A model generated the notes under the pieces. The model was not told the DNA's origin and searched no databases. It saw only the letters and a program-made list of their open reading frames with translations. The translations under genes were made by a program, and so were the position numbers. From Longimicrobiales bacterium (lineage in GTDB: Bacteria; Gemmatimonadota; Gemmatimonadetes; Longimicrobiales; Gaopeijiaceae), in assembly GCA_963422615.1 (NCBI GenBank), contig OY730414.1, forward strand, positions 62,001 through 126,000: a stretch of DNA of 64,000 bases. The letters run 5' to 3'. This document shows, piece after piece, positions 1-10,343 of the stretch (the first letter of the stretch is position 1; each line of letters starts with the position of its first letter).

Positions 1-1243
1 ACAGCGCGGAGAGCCCCACCCCCGCCATGACCCCCCAGAGGGCGAACCCGATCAGAAAGAAGTAGTCCCGTTCTCGAACTTCGTGGGTCTGGGGACCCGT
101 CACTTCGGGCGCGAGAGAGTAGCCGTATCGGAAGTTCAGGTAGTAGACCAGGCCAAGAGAAAGCGTGAGCATGAGGATTCCGAAGTAGACTCCGGTGTTG
201 CGGTCTCCGCGCCAGACCGTCATGAACCCGGCCACCCCCAGGACCAGGAACCCAAGGGTGAAGGGAAGACGCCGGGGGCTCGCGGGTTCATCGGGGTCCA
301 GACCGCGAGACCACTGCCAGTCGAAGTACTGGAAGTAGTTATGAAGCTGGTGGCCGAAAGGCGACATGCGCTCCGACACAGGGGGTTTTTGGTACTGCTC
401 CCGCTTCAGGGACTCCGCCAGCGCGGGACATCCCGCCCGACCGTGGGTGTAGATGGCAGCCGCGGCTTCCACGAAGCCGTCGCACAGGGGATCTCCTTCG
501 TTGATCACCGGCCGCTGGGAAGCCCGAATGGGGAGGAAGAAGTTGAACGAGAGCCCCACCACGACGGCCAGCGCGCAGCGGAAAAGGAAACTGCGATCCA
601 CCAGAAGCTGCCGATGGACGAGGCCAGCGAAAACGACCACAGCCGCCGCCGGCAGCACGGACATGAGGTGGCTGGTTGACCCGAGGGCCATGAGGTAGAC
701 GGCCGCGACGATCCGCCGTTCCCTCCCCGGCTGACCCGCCAGGTCTTGCCAACGCACCACGAGCCAGCTGACCGCTGCGACGACCAGCAGGGACACCGTG
801 TACACCTTCTCGTTGGCGTTGCTCTGGCTCCACACCGTGTACGCCGTGGCTCCGATCAGAACCGCCGCTCCCGCACCGACCCGCGCCCGCCCGTAGTTCC
901 CGAAGGCCCGGAACAAGGCGCGGTGCGCGATCAGAAAGAAGAAAAAGAACGCCCCGGCCGAAGTCGTGGCGGCCAAGAGGTTTACGCAGACCGCCGGGGA
1001 AAGCCCGAAGGGCTCCAGAAGGAGCGTCCACGTTCGGGCGAGCACGACGAAGAGGGGGTTTCCGGGAGGGTGGGGGATTCCCAGGGTGTAGCCCGTGGCA
1101 ATGTACTCGCTGGTGTCCCACCACGCCGTCGTGGGCGCCAGGGTCAGAATGTAGATCAGGAGGACGCCCAAGCCCGCGCAGGTGGCAGCCAAGTAGGGAG
1201 GAGATTTGTTCTTTTCCGTCGAAGTTGCCCCAGCAGACGTCAC
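1..1243 (-). CDS. DUF2723-domain membrane glycosyltransferase (TMEM260-like, GT-C fold); runs off the left edge
   Basis: Not in the ORF track; translated by hand from GTG at 1243, with GAAGGG upstream. Reads ...LLIYILTLAPTTAWWDTSEYIATGYTLGIPHPPGNPLFVVLAR..., matching the DUF2723 'WD..E......L.IPHPPG.P' signature, followed by hydrophobic segments. Confidence 0.85.
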   Translation of the reverse strand, partial: MTSAGATSTEKNKSPPYLAATCAGLGVLLIYILTLAPTTAWWDTSEYIATGYTLGIPHPPGNPLFVVLARTWTLLLEPFGLSPAVCVNLLAATTSAGAFFFFFLIAHRALFRAFGNYGRARVGAGAAVLIGATAYTVWSQSNANEKVYTVSLLVVAAVSWLVVRWQDLAGQPGRERRIVAAVYLMALGSTSHLMSVLPAAAVVVFAGLVHRQLLVDRSFLFRCALAVVVGLSFNFFLPIRASQRPVINEGDPLCDGFVEAAAAIYTHGRAGCPALAESLKREQYQKPPVSERMSPFGHQLHNYFQYFDWQWSRGLDPDEPASPRRLPFTLGFLVLGVAGFMTVWRGDRNTGVYFGILMLTLSLGLVYYLNFRYGYSLAPEVTGPQTHEVRERDYFFLIGFALWGVMAGVGLSAL

Positions 1244-1521
1244 GATCGTTTTCCCTTCCAGCGCCGATTCGAAGTGGCGCCCCTTCGCTTGGCATCCCTT
1301 GCGGACATCCGGCCCGGGGAGGCGGTCGCGCACCGAACACCCCTCCTCTTCGTCATTCCCAATCAAGCACGCTCCATACGACGGTATCAGGGCGGCCCCA
1401 CAAGCGGCCCCCAAAGTCCCCACCACCGCCAGCGTGGTCGATACTTACCAATCGTCCATAGCTTGGCAAGCTGCCCCGTTTCGGTCACACTCTTCCAATG
1501 CACCCTCCGCCAAGGAAAGCT

Positions 1522-2715
1522 ATGGCCAGCCCTGCATTCGGCGCGCTCCGATTCCTCCGGGGCTGGCTTCGAAGCGGGTCCTCTCATCAGGACTGGGCCA
1601 CAAAGGGCGCCCAGTCCAGCTGGCCGCCCCACTTTCCGGGCCTCACCGTCGAGACCCGCACGATGAGCGGCCTCGGGCCCGATCGCGCCCGGTGGTATGC
1701 TCCGGCCCGGGCGAAGGGTCCGCTTCCCGGATGGCTTCTGTTGCACGGCGCGTCCATTCAAGGGCCCGATCACCCCGCGCTCGTGCGCTTCGCGGCCGCT
1801 CTGGCGTACGCGGGCACCGCCGTGCTGATCCCCGATATTCCCGCCTGGCGCAAGCTGGATCTGGATCCGGCGCCTGCCCGATCCATCGTGGCCCGCTCCT
1901 TGGCTTACCTGTGCGAAGACGCTCAGGTCCTGCCGGGAGGCGCCATGCTCGCCGGTTTCTCCTTCGGCTGCCCGCAGGTGCTCCGGCTCGCGGCGGACCT
2001 CGCCCCGACTCATTCGATTCGGGGCGTCGTCGGCTTCGGCGGCTACGCCGATCTGGCGGCCACCGTGCGGTTCGGGTTGACCGGGCAGTTCGAGTGGCGG
2101 GGCCGGAGCCGTCACATGAAGCCGGACCCGTACGGCCGTTGGGTCGTGGCTGCCAACTACCTTCACCTCGCAGCAGGCTACGAAGGTGCAGAGGAGGTAT
2201 CCCGGGGCCTGCGCAGGCTCGCTTCCCTGGCAGGAGCCCAGGGGGTTCTGGCGTGGGACCCCGTCTACGACCAAGCCAAGACCGAAATCATGAAATCCCT
2301 GCCGCCCGAGGACCGGGACCTTTTCCGCCTCTTCGCGCCTCCAGCCGACCAGGAACCCGACCCCGAACGGGCCGATCGAATCGCGCCCAAGATCGCGCGG
2401 GCCGCTCAAGAAACCCACCCGCTCCTGGAGCTCCCCCCGTCTCTCAACGCCGACACCCTTCCCTCCGTCCACTTGCTCCACGGACGGGGAGACCCCCTGA
2501 TCCCCTTCTCCGAAACCTTCGCCCTAGAGCGCCAGCTCCTCGAGGGCAGCCGGGGGGGTCGCGTCACCACGACGGTGACCCGTCTCTTCGCGCACGCCCG
2601 AGAATCGGGGGGAATCGCGGCCCATCCCGCCGAAGCCCTACGATTGTTTCTCGCCCTGCGGGACCTGATGTCCCAGCAGACCCGACCCACTATTACCTTG
2701 GCCGAACGCCCATGA
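1522..2715 (+). CDS. Alpha/beta-hydrolase fold protein
   Basis: LLLHG oxyanion motif, GFSFG nucleophile elbow, LLHGRGDPLIP acid motif and a C-terminal His. AAGGA RBS before ATG 1522; stop overlaps the next start (ATGA). Confidence 0.75.
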   Translation: MASPAFGALRFLRGWLRSGSSHQDWATKGAQSSWPPHFPGLTVETRTMSGLGPDRARWYAPARAKGPLPGWLLLHGASIQGPDHPALVRFAAALAYAGTAVLIPDIPAWRKLDLDPAPARSIVARSLAYLCEDAQVLPGGAMLAGFSFGCPQVLRLAADLAPTHSIRGVVGFGGYADLAATVRFGLTGQFEWRGRSRHMKPDPYGRWVVAANYLHLAAGYEGAEEVSRGLRRLASLAGAQGVLAWDPVYDQAKTEIMKSLPPEDRDLFRLFAPPADQEPDPERADRIAPKIARAAQETHPLLELPPSLNADTLPSVHLLHGRGDPLIPFSETFALERQLLEGSRGGRVTTTVTRLFAHARESGGIAAHPAEALRLFLALRDLMSQQTRPTITLAERP

Positions 2716-5700
2716 TCCTCTCCCGCCGACGCCCCCACCCCTTCCCCCTTCCCCACCTGGCCGCCGCCGCGCTGTTTGCCATCCTGCCAGTTGAACTGGG
2801 TGCCCAGGTCACCACCCGCCAGCTGGACGCGCTACGGCCCCGGAACATCGGCCCCGCCGTCATGAGCGGCCGGATCGTGGACATCGCCGTCGTCGAATCG
2901 GACCCGACCAAGTTCTACGTCGCGTCCGCCACCGGCGGCGTCTTCAAGACCGGCGACAACGGCATCACCCTGGTCCCCGTCTTCGAGAACGAAGGCACCC
3001 ACTCGGTCGGCGCCATCGCGGTCCATCCGGTGGATACGGCTGTGGTCTGGGTCGGGACGGGGGAGCGGGCGAACCGCCAGAGCTCGTCGTGGGGGGACGG
3101 CGTGTACCGAAGCACCGACGGCGGCACCTCGTGGACGAATGTGGGGCTCCGAGACAGCCGCCACGTGGGCCGGATCGTGCTTCACCCCGAAAACTCCCGG
3201 CGGGTCTACGTCGCCGCCATGGGTCACCTGTGGGGTCCCAACCAAGAGCGGGGCCTCTACCGAAGCGATGATGGGGGTGAGGGCTGGACCCGGATTCTCC
3301 ACATCGACGAGAATACGGGAGCCGTGGACGTGGCCCTCGATCCCGACGATCCGCGGATCGTCTACGCCGCCACCTACCAGCGGCAACGGCGGCCCTGGGG
3401 CTTCCACGGTGGCGGCCCCGGGAGCGCGCTGTACCGAAGCATGGACGGGGGAGACACCTGGGAGCGGCTGTCGGGACCCGGGGTGGACAGGGGCCTTCCC
3501 CAGGGAGCGCTCGGGCGAATCGGAATCTCCGTCTACCGGAGGGACCCCCGAATCGTCTACGTGAGCGTGGAGCAGGGCTTCCGCTACAACGCCTCCACCG
3601 CGTACACGGAGCGCCGGGCCGGCATCTATCGGTCCGAAGATCGGGGCGACACCTGGGAGCACATGAGCGACTGGAACCCCCGTCCCATGTACGCGAGCCA
3701 GATCCTCGTGGACCCCAACGACGACCAGCGGATCTACATGGTCAACAGCTACTCTTTCTCCGACGACGGCGGAAAAACCTTCACCGTCCCCCGGCAGAGC
3801 CTCCACGGGGATGACCGCCTGGTCTGGGTGAACCCCGCAGACGCTCGCCACGTCATGAAGGCCGACGACGGGGGATTGGGCATCTCCTACGACCGGGGGC
3901 TGAGCTGGCTGTACATCTCCGACTTGCCCGTCAGTCAGTATTACCGGGTCGCGACGGACATGGCCCGACCCTACAACGTGTACGGCGGCCTCCAGGACAA
4001 CGGCTCCTGGATGGGTCCCAGCGAAACCTTCCGCAGTAGCGGCATTCTGAACAGCGACTGGACCCGATTGGGAGGCGGCGACGGCTTCTTGAACCTGCCG
4101 GACACGACCCACAACGCCATCGTCTACACCGAGTCCCAGTACCTGGGGCTCTCCCGCGTCAACCTCCGATCCGGGGAGCGAACCGCCATCCGCCCCGGCG
4201 ACCCGACGGGGCACATCGGGGCGCGCCGCAACTGGGAGACGTGGAAGGAGACGGGCCCGCCGGAGCAGCAGCGCCTTGGCAATGCCATGGCGCCGGCGAA
4301 CTGGGACGGTCCGTTCATCATTTCTCCGCACGACGCGTCCACCCTCTACGCGGGCACCAACGTCTTGTGGAAGAGCCCGGACCGGGGCGACTCGTGGTAC
4401 CCCTTGGGGAATCTCACGACCGGGGTGGACCGGCGCACCCTGCGCATCATGGGCGAGCTACCCCACGAACTCACGCCGTCCCTGGACGACGGCATCCCCT
4501 ACTACCCCACCATCTCCGCCGTTGCCGAAAGCCCCCTGCTGCAAGGACTCCTGTATGCGGGCACCGACGACGGGCGCGTGCACGTCTCCCGGGACGGCGG
4601 TGAACGCTGGACCGACGTCACGGCGGCCTTTCCCGAGCTTCCCGAAGGCGCGTGGGTCTCCGGCCTGGAGCCCTCCCGCCACGACGAGGCCAGGGTCTAC
4701 GCGGTGTGGAACAACTACCGCAACGACGACTACGGCAACTACCTGTTCCGGTCGGATGATTACGGGGCGACCTGGGTGTCGATCGTAGGCGACCTCCCCC
4801 CCGAGCGGGTACTGCGGACCCTCCGCGAGGACCTGCGAACCGGCTCGGTTCTGTTCCTGGGGGCCGAGATCGGGCTCTTCTACACCATGGACGGCGGGCG
4901 CCGCTGGACGGAACTGAGGGGCGGCATGCCCACCCTGGCCTTCAATGACCTGGTGATCCAGCCCCGGGAAAACGACTTGGTGCTGGGCACTCACGGCCGG
5001 GGAGTGTGGATCCTGGACCAGATCAACGCGCTGCAGGAACTGTCGCCCGAGATCTTGGAGAAGGACGCGCACCTGTTTACGATCGAACCGGCGATGCAAG
5101 TGCGACGGGCGGGACGGGGCGCCCACACCGGCGACATTCACTTCAGTGGCGAAAATCCTCCCAACGGTGCCATTCTGGACTACTGGCTGGGGAGGCAGGC
5201 GGACAGCGGATCGGTGACGCTGGTGGTGGAGGCCGATGACGGCACTAGAATCGCCGACGTGGAAGGCACCACGCTGCAAGGCATGAACCGGGTTGTGTGG
5301 AACCTGCGTCACTCACTTCCAGGGGACGCGCAAGGGGGTGGAGGGGGCGGGTCCGCCCGGGTCCGGCGGGGACCCTTGGTGGTTCCCGGCACGTATTCTG
5401 TTCACCTCAGGGGGGCGGGCCCGGAATCGGAACAGAGCGTCACGGTGCGGGAAGACCCGCGTATCACCGCCACCCCGGGAGTGCGCGCCGCGTGGACGGC
5501 AGGACTCCTGGAACTGGCCGAAGCCGAGGCGCACGCGCGGGCCGGCTTGCAAGCGGTCCGGCAAGCCTTGCAGAGCCTCCCGGACGACGACACCACGCCC
5601 CGGGCCACCAAGCTCCGGGACCTGGCGCGAGAGTTCGAAGAGCTGACCCGTCGAATTACCCGGCTGGCCGGGGACATCGAAAGCGTCGTCGCCCCCCCGA

Positions 5701-5777
5701 CCCAGGACCAGCGCTCCCGCCGGGCATACTACCTGGAGATGCTGGAGGGGGAGTTTCGCTCCGTGAGCACCGGCTAA
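2712..5777 (+). CDS. Secreted BNR/Asp-box (VPS10/sortilin-like) beta-propeller, glycosyl hydrolase-like
   Basis: Signal peptide, 'RNIGPAVMSGRIVDIAV' N-terminal motif, many S.D.G..W Asp boxes, GGLQDNG and GGGDGF. The true start is ATG 2712, not the ORF-track start at 1206. Confidence 0.9.
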   Translation: MILSRRRPHPFPLPHLAAAALFAILPVELGAQVTTRQLDALRPRNIGPAVMSGRIVDIAVVESDPTKFYVASATGGVFKTGDNGITLVPVFENEGTHSVGAIAVHPVDTAVVWVGTGERANRQSSSWGDGVYRSTDGGTSWTNVGLRDSRHVGRIVLHPENSRRVYVAAMGHLWGPNQERGLYRSDDGGEGWTRILHIDENTGAVDVALDPDDPRIVYAATYQRQRRPWGFHGGGPGSALYRSMDGGDTWERLSGPGVDRGLPQGALGRIGISVYRRDPRIVYVSVEQGFRYNASTAYTERRAGIYRSEDRGDTWEHMSDWNPRPMYASQILVDPNDDQRIYMVNSYSFSDDGGKTFTVPRQSLHGDDRLVWVNPADARHVMKADDGGLGISYDRGLSWLYISDLPVSQYYRVATDMARPYNVYGGLQDNGSWMGPSETFRSSGILNSDWTRLGGGDGFLNLPDTTHNAIVYTESQYLGLSRVNLRSGERTAIRPGDPTGHIGARRNWETWKETGPPEQQRLGNAMAPANWDGPFIISPHDASTLYAGTNVLWKSPDRGDSWYPLGNLTTGVDRRTLRIMGELPHELTPSLDDGIPYYPTISAVAESPLLQGLLYAGTDDGRVHVSRDGGERWTDVTAAFPELPEGAWVSGLEPSRHDEARVYAVWNNYRNDDYGNYLFRSDDYGATWVSIVGDLPPERVLRTLREDLRTGSVLFLGAEIGLFYTMDGGRRWTELRGGMPTLAFNDLVIQPRENDLVLGTHGRGVWILDQINALQELSPEILEKDAHLFTIEPAMQVRRAGRGAHTGDIHFSGENPPNGAILDYWLGRQADSGSVTLVVEADDGTRIADVEGTTLQGMNRVVWNLRHSLPGDAQGGGGGGSARVRRGPLVVPGTYSVHLRGAGPESEQSVTVREDPRITATPGVRAAWTAGLLELAEAEAHARAGLQAVRQALQSLPDDDTTPRATKLRDLAREFEELTRRITRLAGDIESVVAPPTQDQRSRRAYYLEMLEGEFRSVSTG

Positions 5778-5832
5778 CCGCGTATGGGGCCCAAGCCGAT
5801 TCGCATGCATCAACCCGGCACTCCCCGCTCCC

Positions 5833-6062
5833 CGACGAGCCACATTCTCAGCACGCCCGGCCTTGGAGTCGATGGATTCTGTGCACGGTTGGGCGTGGAC
5901 GGTCAGTACCAACCTGTGCAGGTCGCTGGCTCGGACGAACCGGTGGTCGGATCAAGTCGATCTCAAAGAACGCCAAGTCCCCGACCGGACGAGGACCTGG
6001 AGCGGAAACGGCGAGATTCAGCGGTTCGTGCAGCCGTCGGGAGGTTGCCGGAAGCGTACGGA
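5833..6062 (+). pseudogene. Remnant of an ECF sigma-70 factor (region 2.3-2.4, frameshift, start of region 4)
   Basis: One frame gives SVHGWAWTVSTNLCRSLAR (like W..RIA.NLCRD..R). After a frameshift near 5980 another frame gives PDEDLERKRRDSAVRAAVGRLPEAY. No start and no C-terminal HTH. Confidence 0.55.
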
Positions 6063-6528
6063 CTGCCGACGCCGAAGAGACTGCTGTCCTTGGCGACCAT
6101 TTTCCATGTCGAGCGGATTGCGCGGTGGTGCAATCAACCACGCGGATCACCTGCTTTAGCGATCGGCTTTGCGGAAGAATCCCCGAGGACTGGATGGGAC
6201 CCACGCCTCCCGGGAATCGCCAACGCCGGGCCCGCCGAAGCATCAATGGCCGCGACTTCCCCCGTGGGCATCATGGTGACCACCTCAAGGGCGTCCCAGC
6301 CTCGCTCCGGTCAACTCCGGCCTTCCAACGGATGGCTTCCCGGAGCTGATCGTCCGGAAACACGATGTCTCCATTTCCCCGGTCAACTACGATCCAGCCT
6401 CCCAGCACGCCTTGGGCGTCTCGCCCGGTCATGGTCAAGGTCGCCGTTTCGACGTCGTCATTGACGTGCAGGAAAAATGAGGGGACCCACATCGTCCCCG
6501 TCGGCGGCGGAAGTCGGGACGGAGGAAC

Positions 6529-7494
6529 CTACCCCTCCAGCACCACCCCGGCCCCTTCCGCCTCCGCCCTACGCAGCACTTGGGCGCCGATGGCCACGTC
6601 CTGGACAGCGAGGCCCACAGACTTGAAGAAGGTGAGCTCCCGGCCCCCCCGGCCCGCCGGGGCCTTTCCGTTGACGATCTCCCCCAGCTCGGCGTCGATC
6701 ACGTCCCGGGACACTCGCCCTTCCCGAACGGGGATGATCAGGTCCCCCGCCTCTTCCATCGCCACGTCCCTGTCCTCCACGACGACCCGGGCCCGCTGCA
6801 CGACCTCGGCGCCGATCTCCTGAATTTCGGGCGTGAAGCTGCCACTGCCACTGATGTGGGTTCCGGCAGGAAGATCGGACCCGTCAAAGACCGGAGTGGG
6901 AGAAGGAGTAACCGCCACGATGATGTCCGCCCCGTCCACCGCTTCGGCCGCGTCAAGGACCGCCCGGGCTTCGACACCCTCCAGCGACGCCGCCAGACGA
7001 CGGGCCGATTCTCCTCCCTTCGACACCACCCGCACCTCCCGGATGGGGCGCACCGCCCGAATGGCCTCGACCTGCCAGGGGGCTTGAGCCCCCGCCCCGA
7101 AGATGGCCAACACCCGGGAGTCCTCCCGGCTCAGGAACCGGGCCGCCAGCCCCGCCGCGGCAGCGGTCCGAATTGCCGTCAGCGCGCCGGCGTCCATCAC
7201 GGCTCTGGGGCGTCCCGTCTCGTCGTCGAGAATCAGGATGACCCCGTTGATGGTGGGCACGCCCCTGCCTCGATTCCCGGGGAAGAGGGACACGATCTTC
7301 GCTCCTCGCTCCCGGGCGGCCCCAAGGCGGGCCGGCATGAAAAGGGTCGTGCCGCCACCGGACGCCAAAGAGATGCGGACCGGCATCTCCACGTCGCCCG
7401 AAGAGAGTTGGCCGAAGGCCCGAGCCATGGTGTCGATCGCGTCCTCCATCGTGATCAGGTCGGAGATCACGGAACGGGAGAGGAATCGGATCAT
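6529..7494 (-). CDS. Ornithine cyclodeaminase / mu-crystallin family protein
   Basis: GAKIVSLFPGN, LTAIRTAAAAGLA, IFGAGAQA Rossmann motif, FFKSVGLAVQD. Confidence 0.92.
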   Translation of the reverse strand: MIRFLSRSVISDLITMEDAIDTMARAFGQLSSGDVEMPVRISLASGGGTTLFMPARLGAARERGAKIVSLFPGNRGRGVPTINGVILILDDETGRPRAVMDAGALTAIRTAAAAGLAARFLSREDSRVLAIFGAGAQAPWQVEAIRAVRPIREVRVVSKGGESARRLAASLEGVEARAVLDAAEAVDGADIIVAVTPSPTPVFDGSDLPAGTHISGSGSFTPEIQEIGAEVVQRARVVVEDRDVAMEEAGDLIIPVREGRVSRDVIDAELGEIVNGKAPAGRGGRELTFFKSVGLAVQDVAIGAQVLRRAEAEGAGVVLEG

Positions 7495-7558
7495 GCGTAG
7501 ACTCGGGAGTTCACTCACACGGCACACACACGCATGGGGTTGGCAAACCGGGCACCGT

Positions 7559-9796
7559 TCAATCCGATGCGATGCGACCGATCAAGGCACGCACGCGGTC
7601 GTGACCCTTCAGGACGATCACCGTGGTCCCCGCTTCCCGGGCAATGCGCTCCGGGATGGTACCGAAGAGGATCCGGCTGGAAAAACTGTCTTCGGAGGCC
7701 CCGACCATAATGGCGTCGAAGTCCCGGGCGGCGCCCAGAACGGATTCGGCCACGCCCCCTCCGGGGATGATCCGGGTGGACACGGACGCCTCATCGGGCA
7801 GCTCCGAGCGCTCTTCGGCCAGCCGGGATTCTGCCGACTCCCGTTTGGCGGCGGAGGCGTCGGCGGGAAGAATCGACGCCAGTGTCACGCGGCCTCCGGT
7901 ACCGGCGGTCATGGCCACGGCGTAGGTCTGGGCCTTACGGGCGTGGGTGCCCCCCGTCGTGGGAAGGAGAATGCGGCGCGGCACCCCGGTTCCGGGTCCG
8001 AACTTCACCAGCATGATGTCGGCTCGCCCGAGACGCACGACGTCGTCCGTAACTTCACCCAAAATGCGCCGGGCCGTTGACGTGTAGCCCTTCCAGCCCA
8101 GAAGGACCAGGTGTGAACGGTCCTTTCGGGCAGATTCCAGGATCGCCCGCGCCACATTGTGCCCCACCCGCACTTCCGACGAGATCGGCACCCCCAGGGA
8201 GGCCTCCCGCCCCTGGAGGCGTTCCAGCATGGACCGGTCGTCTTCAATGGACGCGCTCGCCAGACCGGGAGGCAGCTGCTCGGGGACCTGAAGGACCTTG
8301 AGGAGGGTGATTTCACCCCCCCGGGGCCGAGCGATGGCCGCCGCCAGCTCCAGCAGCCGTTCGGCGGTGTGGGGGTTGTAGACCGGAAGGAGAATGCGGA
8401 ACGCCGACGAACTGGGCGAAGCCCGGAGCGCCACGACTTTGGAATCGGGACCGGCAGGATCGGGAACATCGAACTTGGCCCCCCGCCACGCTGCATAGGC
8501 AAAGAAGCCGGTGACGATGGCCAAAATGGCAAGAACCACCGCCTGGAGGTTTCCCTGTGCGGGAATCTGAAAAATCAGGTAGAGGTTGGCCGCAATCCCT
8601 AAGGCCGGTAGGATGGGGACGAGGGGCACGCGGAAGGGGCGCTTCACGGCGGGGAACCGGCGGCGATGGACGATGAGGGCCGCATTCACCAGGGACAGGG
8701 CCAGCAGCAGCACCAGATTCGCGAAATGAGCCAGCGATTCCAGGGGGAGAAGGACGGCGAAAATCGCAATGGCCCCCGCCACGGCACCCAGCGCCACGAC
8801 GGGGGTTCGGGTGCGGTGGCTGACCAAGCCCACGAGCTGGGGAAGGTGACCCAGCCGACTCATGGAAAGGGCGACCCTGGAGCCGGCCAGGATCGATGCG
8901 TTGGAGGCGGAGATCATGGAGAAGAGGGCACCCCCAACGATTACCATGCCACCGACCGGGCCCAGGAACGCCCGGGCCGCAACCCCCATCGCCGCTTCAG
9001 TGTACTCGGTCAGGTCCGCAACGACGACCACGAGCACCACCAGGGCGTAGAGCACCGTGACCACCAGCATGGAAATGAAGATTGCCCTGGGAATGGTCTT
9101 CGTGGGTTTGATCACCTCTCCCGCCGACGCGGCAATGGCCGAAAAGCCGAAGAACGTGATGAACACGAGGGCCGCGGTGGACGCGATGAGGGGGACGTCC
9201 CGACTGAAACGGTCCTGGATGACGGCCATGTCCAGGCTTCCCAGGCCTCCGACGACGAACCAGACGAGGAGCAGGATCTTCGCAGCCGTCACGACGATCT
9301 GAAAGGTGCCACTCTCCTTGGTGCCTTTGACGTTGAGGAGGGTGAGGGCCCCCAGGAACAGAAGTCCGGGCACTGCCGGAATGGCGAAGTGCCAGATGAA
9401 CTCGTTGAAGTAGGTGGACAGACTGGCGATGTAGAAGGCGCACGAGGACGCATATCCCAACAGGAGACACCAGCCCACCAGGTAGGCAAGCAGGGGCGGG
9501 AAGGTTTTTCGTGCATAGAGGTACCCTTCCCCCGATTGCGGATAGATCGACGTGAACTCGCAGTAGGTCAGGGCGGTGAACGCCGCCACACCGGCCGCCA
9601 GGAGGAAGGACACGATCGCCGCACTGCCCACGTAACCGACCGCCAGGCCTGAAAGCGTGAAGATCCCCGCCGCGATCATGGTGCCCGTCCCGATGGCCAG
9701 GGCCGAGACCAAACCCAGATTTCGGCTCAGGCCGGTATGAACGACCTTGGGCCCGGCTGCGGACTCCAGAGGGGCCGGAATCGACCGATCAGACAT
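7559..9796 (-). CDS. APC-family amino acid permease fused to two universal stress protein (USP) domains
   Basis: GTMIAAGIF and FITFFGF APC motifs with about 12 TM helices. The C-terminus has RILLPVYNP...LVLLGW and RILLPTTGG...IMVGAS USP repeats. Confidence 0.9.
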   Translation of the reverse strand: MSDRSIPAPLESAAGPKVVHTGLSRNLGLVSALAIGTGTMIAAGIFTLSGLAVGYVGSAAIVSFLLAAGVAAFTALTYCEFTSIYPQSGEGYLYARKTFPPLLAYLVGWCLLLGYASSCAFYIASLSTYFNEFIWHFAIPAVPGLLFLGALTLLNVKGTKESGTFQIVVTAAKILLLVWFVVGGLGSLDMAVIQDRFSRDVPLIASTAALVFITFFGFSAIAASAGEVIKPTKTIPRAIFISMLVVTVLYALVVLVVVVADLTEYTEAAMGVAARAFLGPVGGMVIVGGALFSMISASNASILAGSRVALSMSRLGHLPQLVGLVSHRTRTPVVALGAVAGAIAIFAVLLPLESLAHFANLVLLLALSLVNAALIVHRRRFPAVKRPFRVPLVPILPALGIAANLYLIFQIPAQGNLQAVVLAILAIVTGFFAYAAWRGAKFDVPDPAGPDSKVVALRASPSSSAFRILLPVYNPHTAERLLELAAAIARPRGGEITLLKVLQVPEQLPPGLASASIEDDRSMLERLQGREASLGVPISSEVRVGHNVARAILESARKDRSHLVLLGWKGYTSTARRILGEVTDDVVRLGRADIMLVKFGPGTGVPRRILLPTTGGTHARKAQTYAVAMTAGTGGRVTLASILPADASAAKRESAESRLAEERSELPDEASVSTRIIPGGGVAESVLGAARDFDAIMVGASEDSFSSRILFGTIPERIAREAGTTVIVLKGHDRVRALIGRIASD

Positions 9797-9806
9797 CAGC
9801 GCGAAA

Positions 9807-10343
9807 TCAGGCTTCGCCGGGCGTCGGGGCAAGGAGCAGCGCCCGCACCACCTCTTGGACGTCTTCGTCCATGGGCCGGAACGGGCCGGTCCACTTCCGG
9901 ACAATCACACCCTCGGCGTCCACGAGGAAGGTGCCCGGCAGGCCTGGCAGAAAGTAGGCGTCCAGGATCGCCGACGAGGGATCGTGATAGATGGGGAAGC
10001 CGATGCCCAAATCGTCAATGAACGTCTGGATCTGGGCACCGGCCGACCGGGTGTCCACACTCACGCCCACAACTCGAAATCCCCGATCCGCATAGGTGTC
10101 GTGGAGTTCCTGAAGCTCGGGCATCTCCCGCCGGCACGGTCCGCACCACGTGGCCCAGACATTCAGCATGTAGGGCGCGCCGCGCAGGTCCGCGGATCCG
10201 ACGGAGGTACCGTCCAGGGTCCGGGCCGAAAAAGGAGGTGCCGGATCGCCGACTTCCGGCGGTCCAGTCTCGGGGCCGGTGCAAGCAACGGCAAGGAGGG
10301 CGACCCAGACGAGGGCGAACCGGAAGGCTATGTTGTTCCTCAT
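9807..10343 (-). CDS. TlpA/ResA-like thiol-disulfide oxidoreductase lipoprotein
   Basis: Lipobox LAVAC, LNVWATWCGPCRREMP, GLPGTFLVD. Confidence 0.93.
   Translation of the reverse strand: MRNNIAFRFALVWVALLAVACTGPETGPPEVGDPAPPFSARTLDGTSVGSADLRGAPYMLNVWATWCGPCRREMPELQELHDTYADRGFRVVGVSVDTRSAGAQIQTFIDDLGIGFPIYHDPSSAILDAYFLPGLPGTFLVDAEGVIVRKWTGPFRPMDEDVQEVVRALLLAPTPGEA

Noticed and set aside
1206..2711. N-terminal ~500 aa of the 1523-aa ORF, suggesting a giant fusion
   Set aside because: It is an Arg/Pro-rich shadow frame over the alpha/beta hydrolase. The real gene starts at ATG 2712 with a signal peptide.
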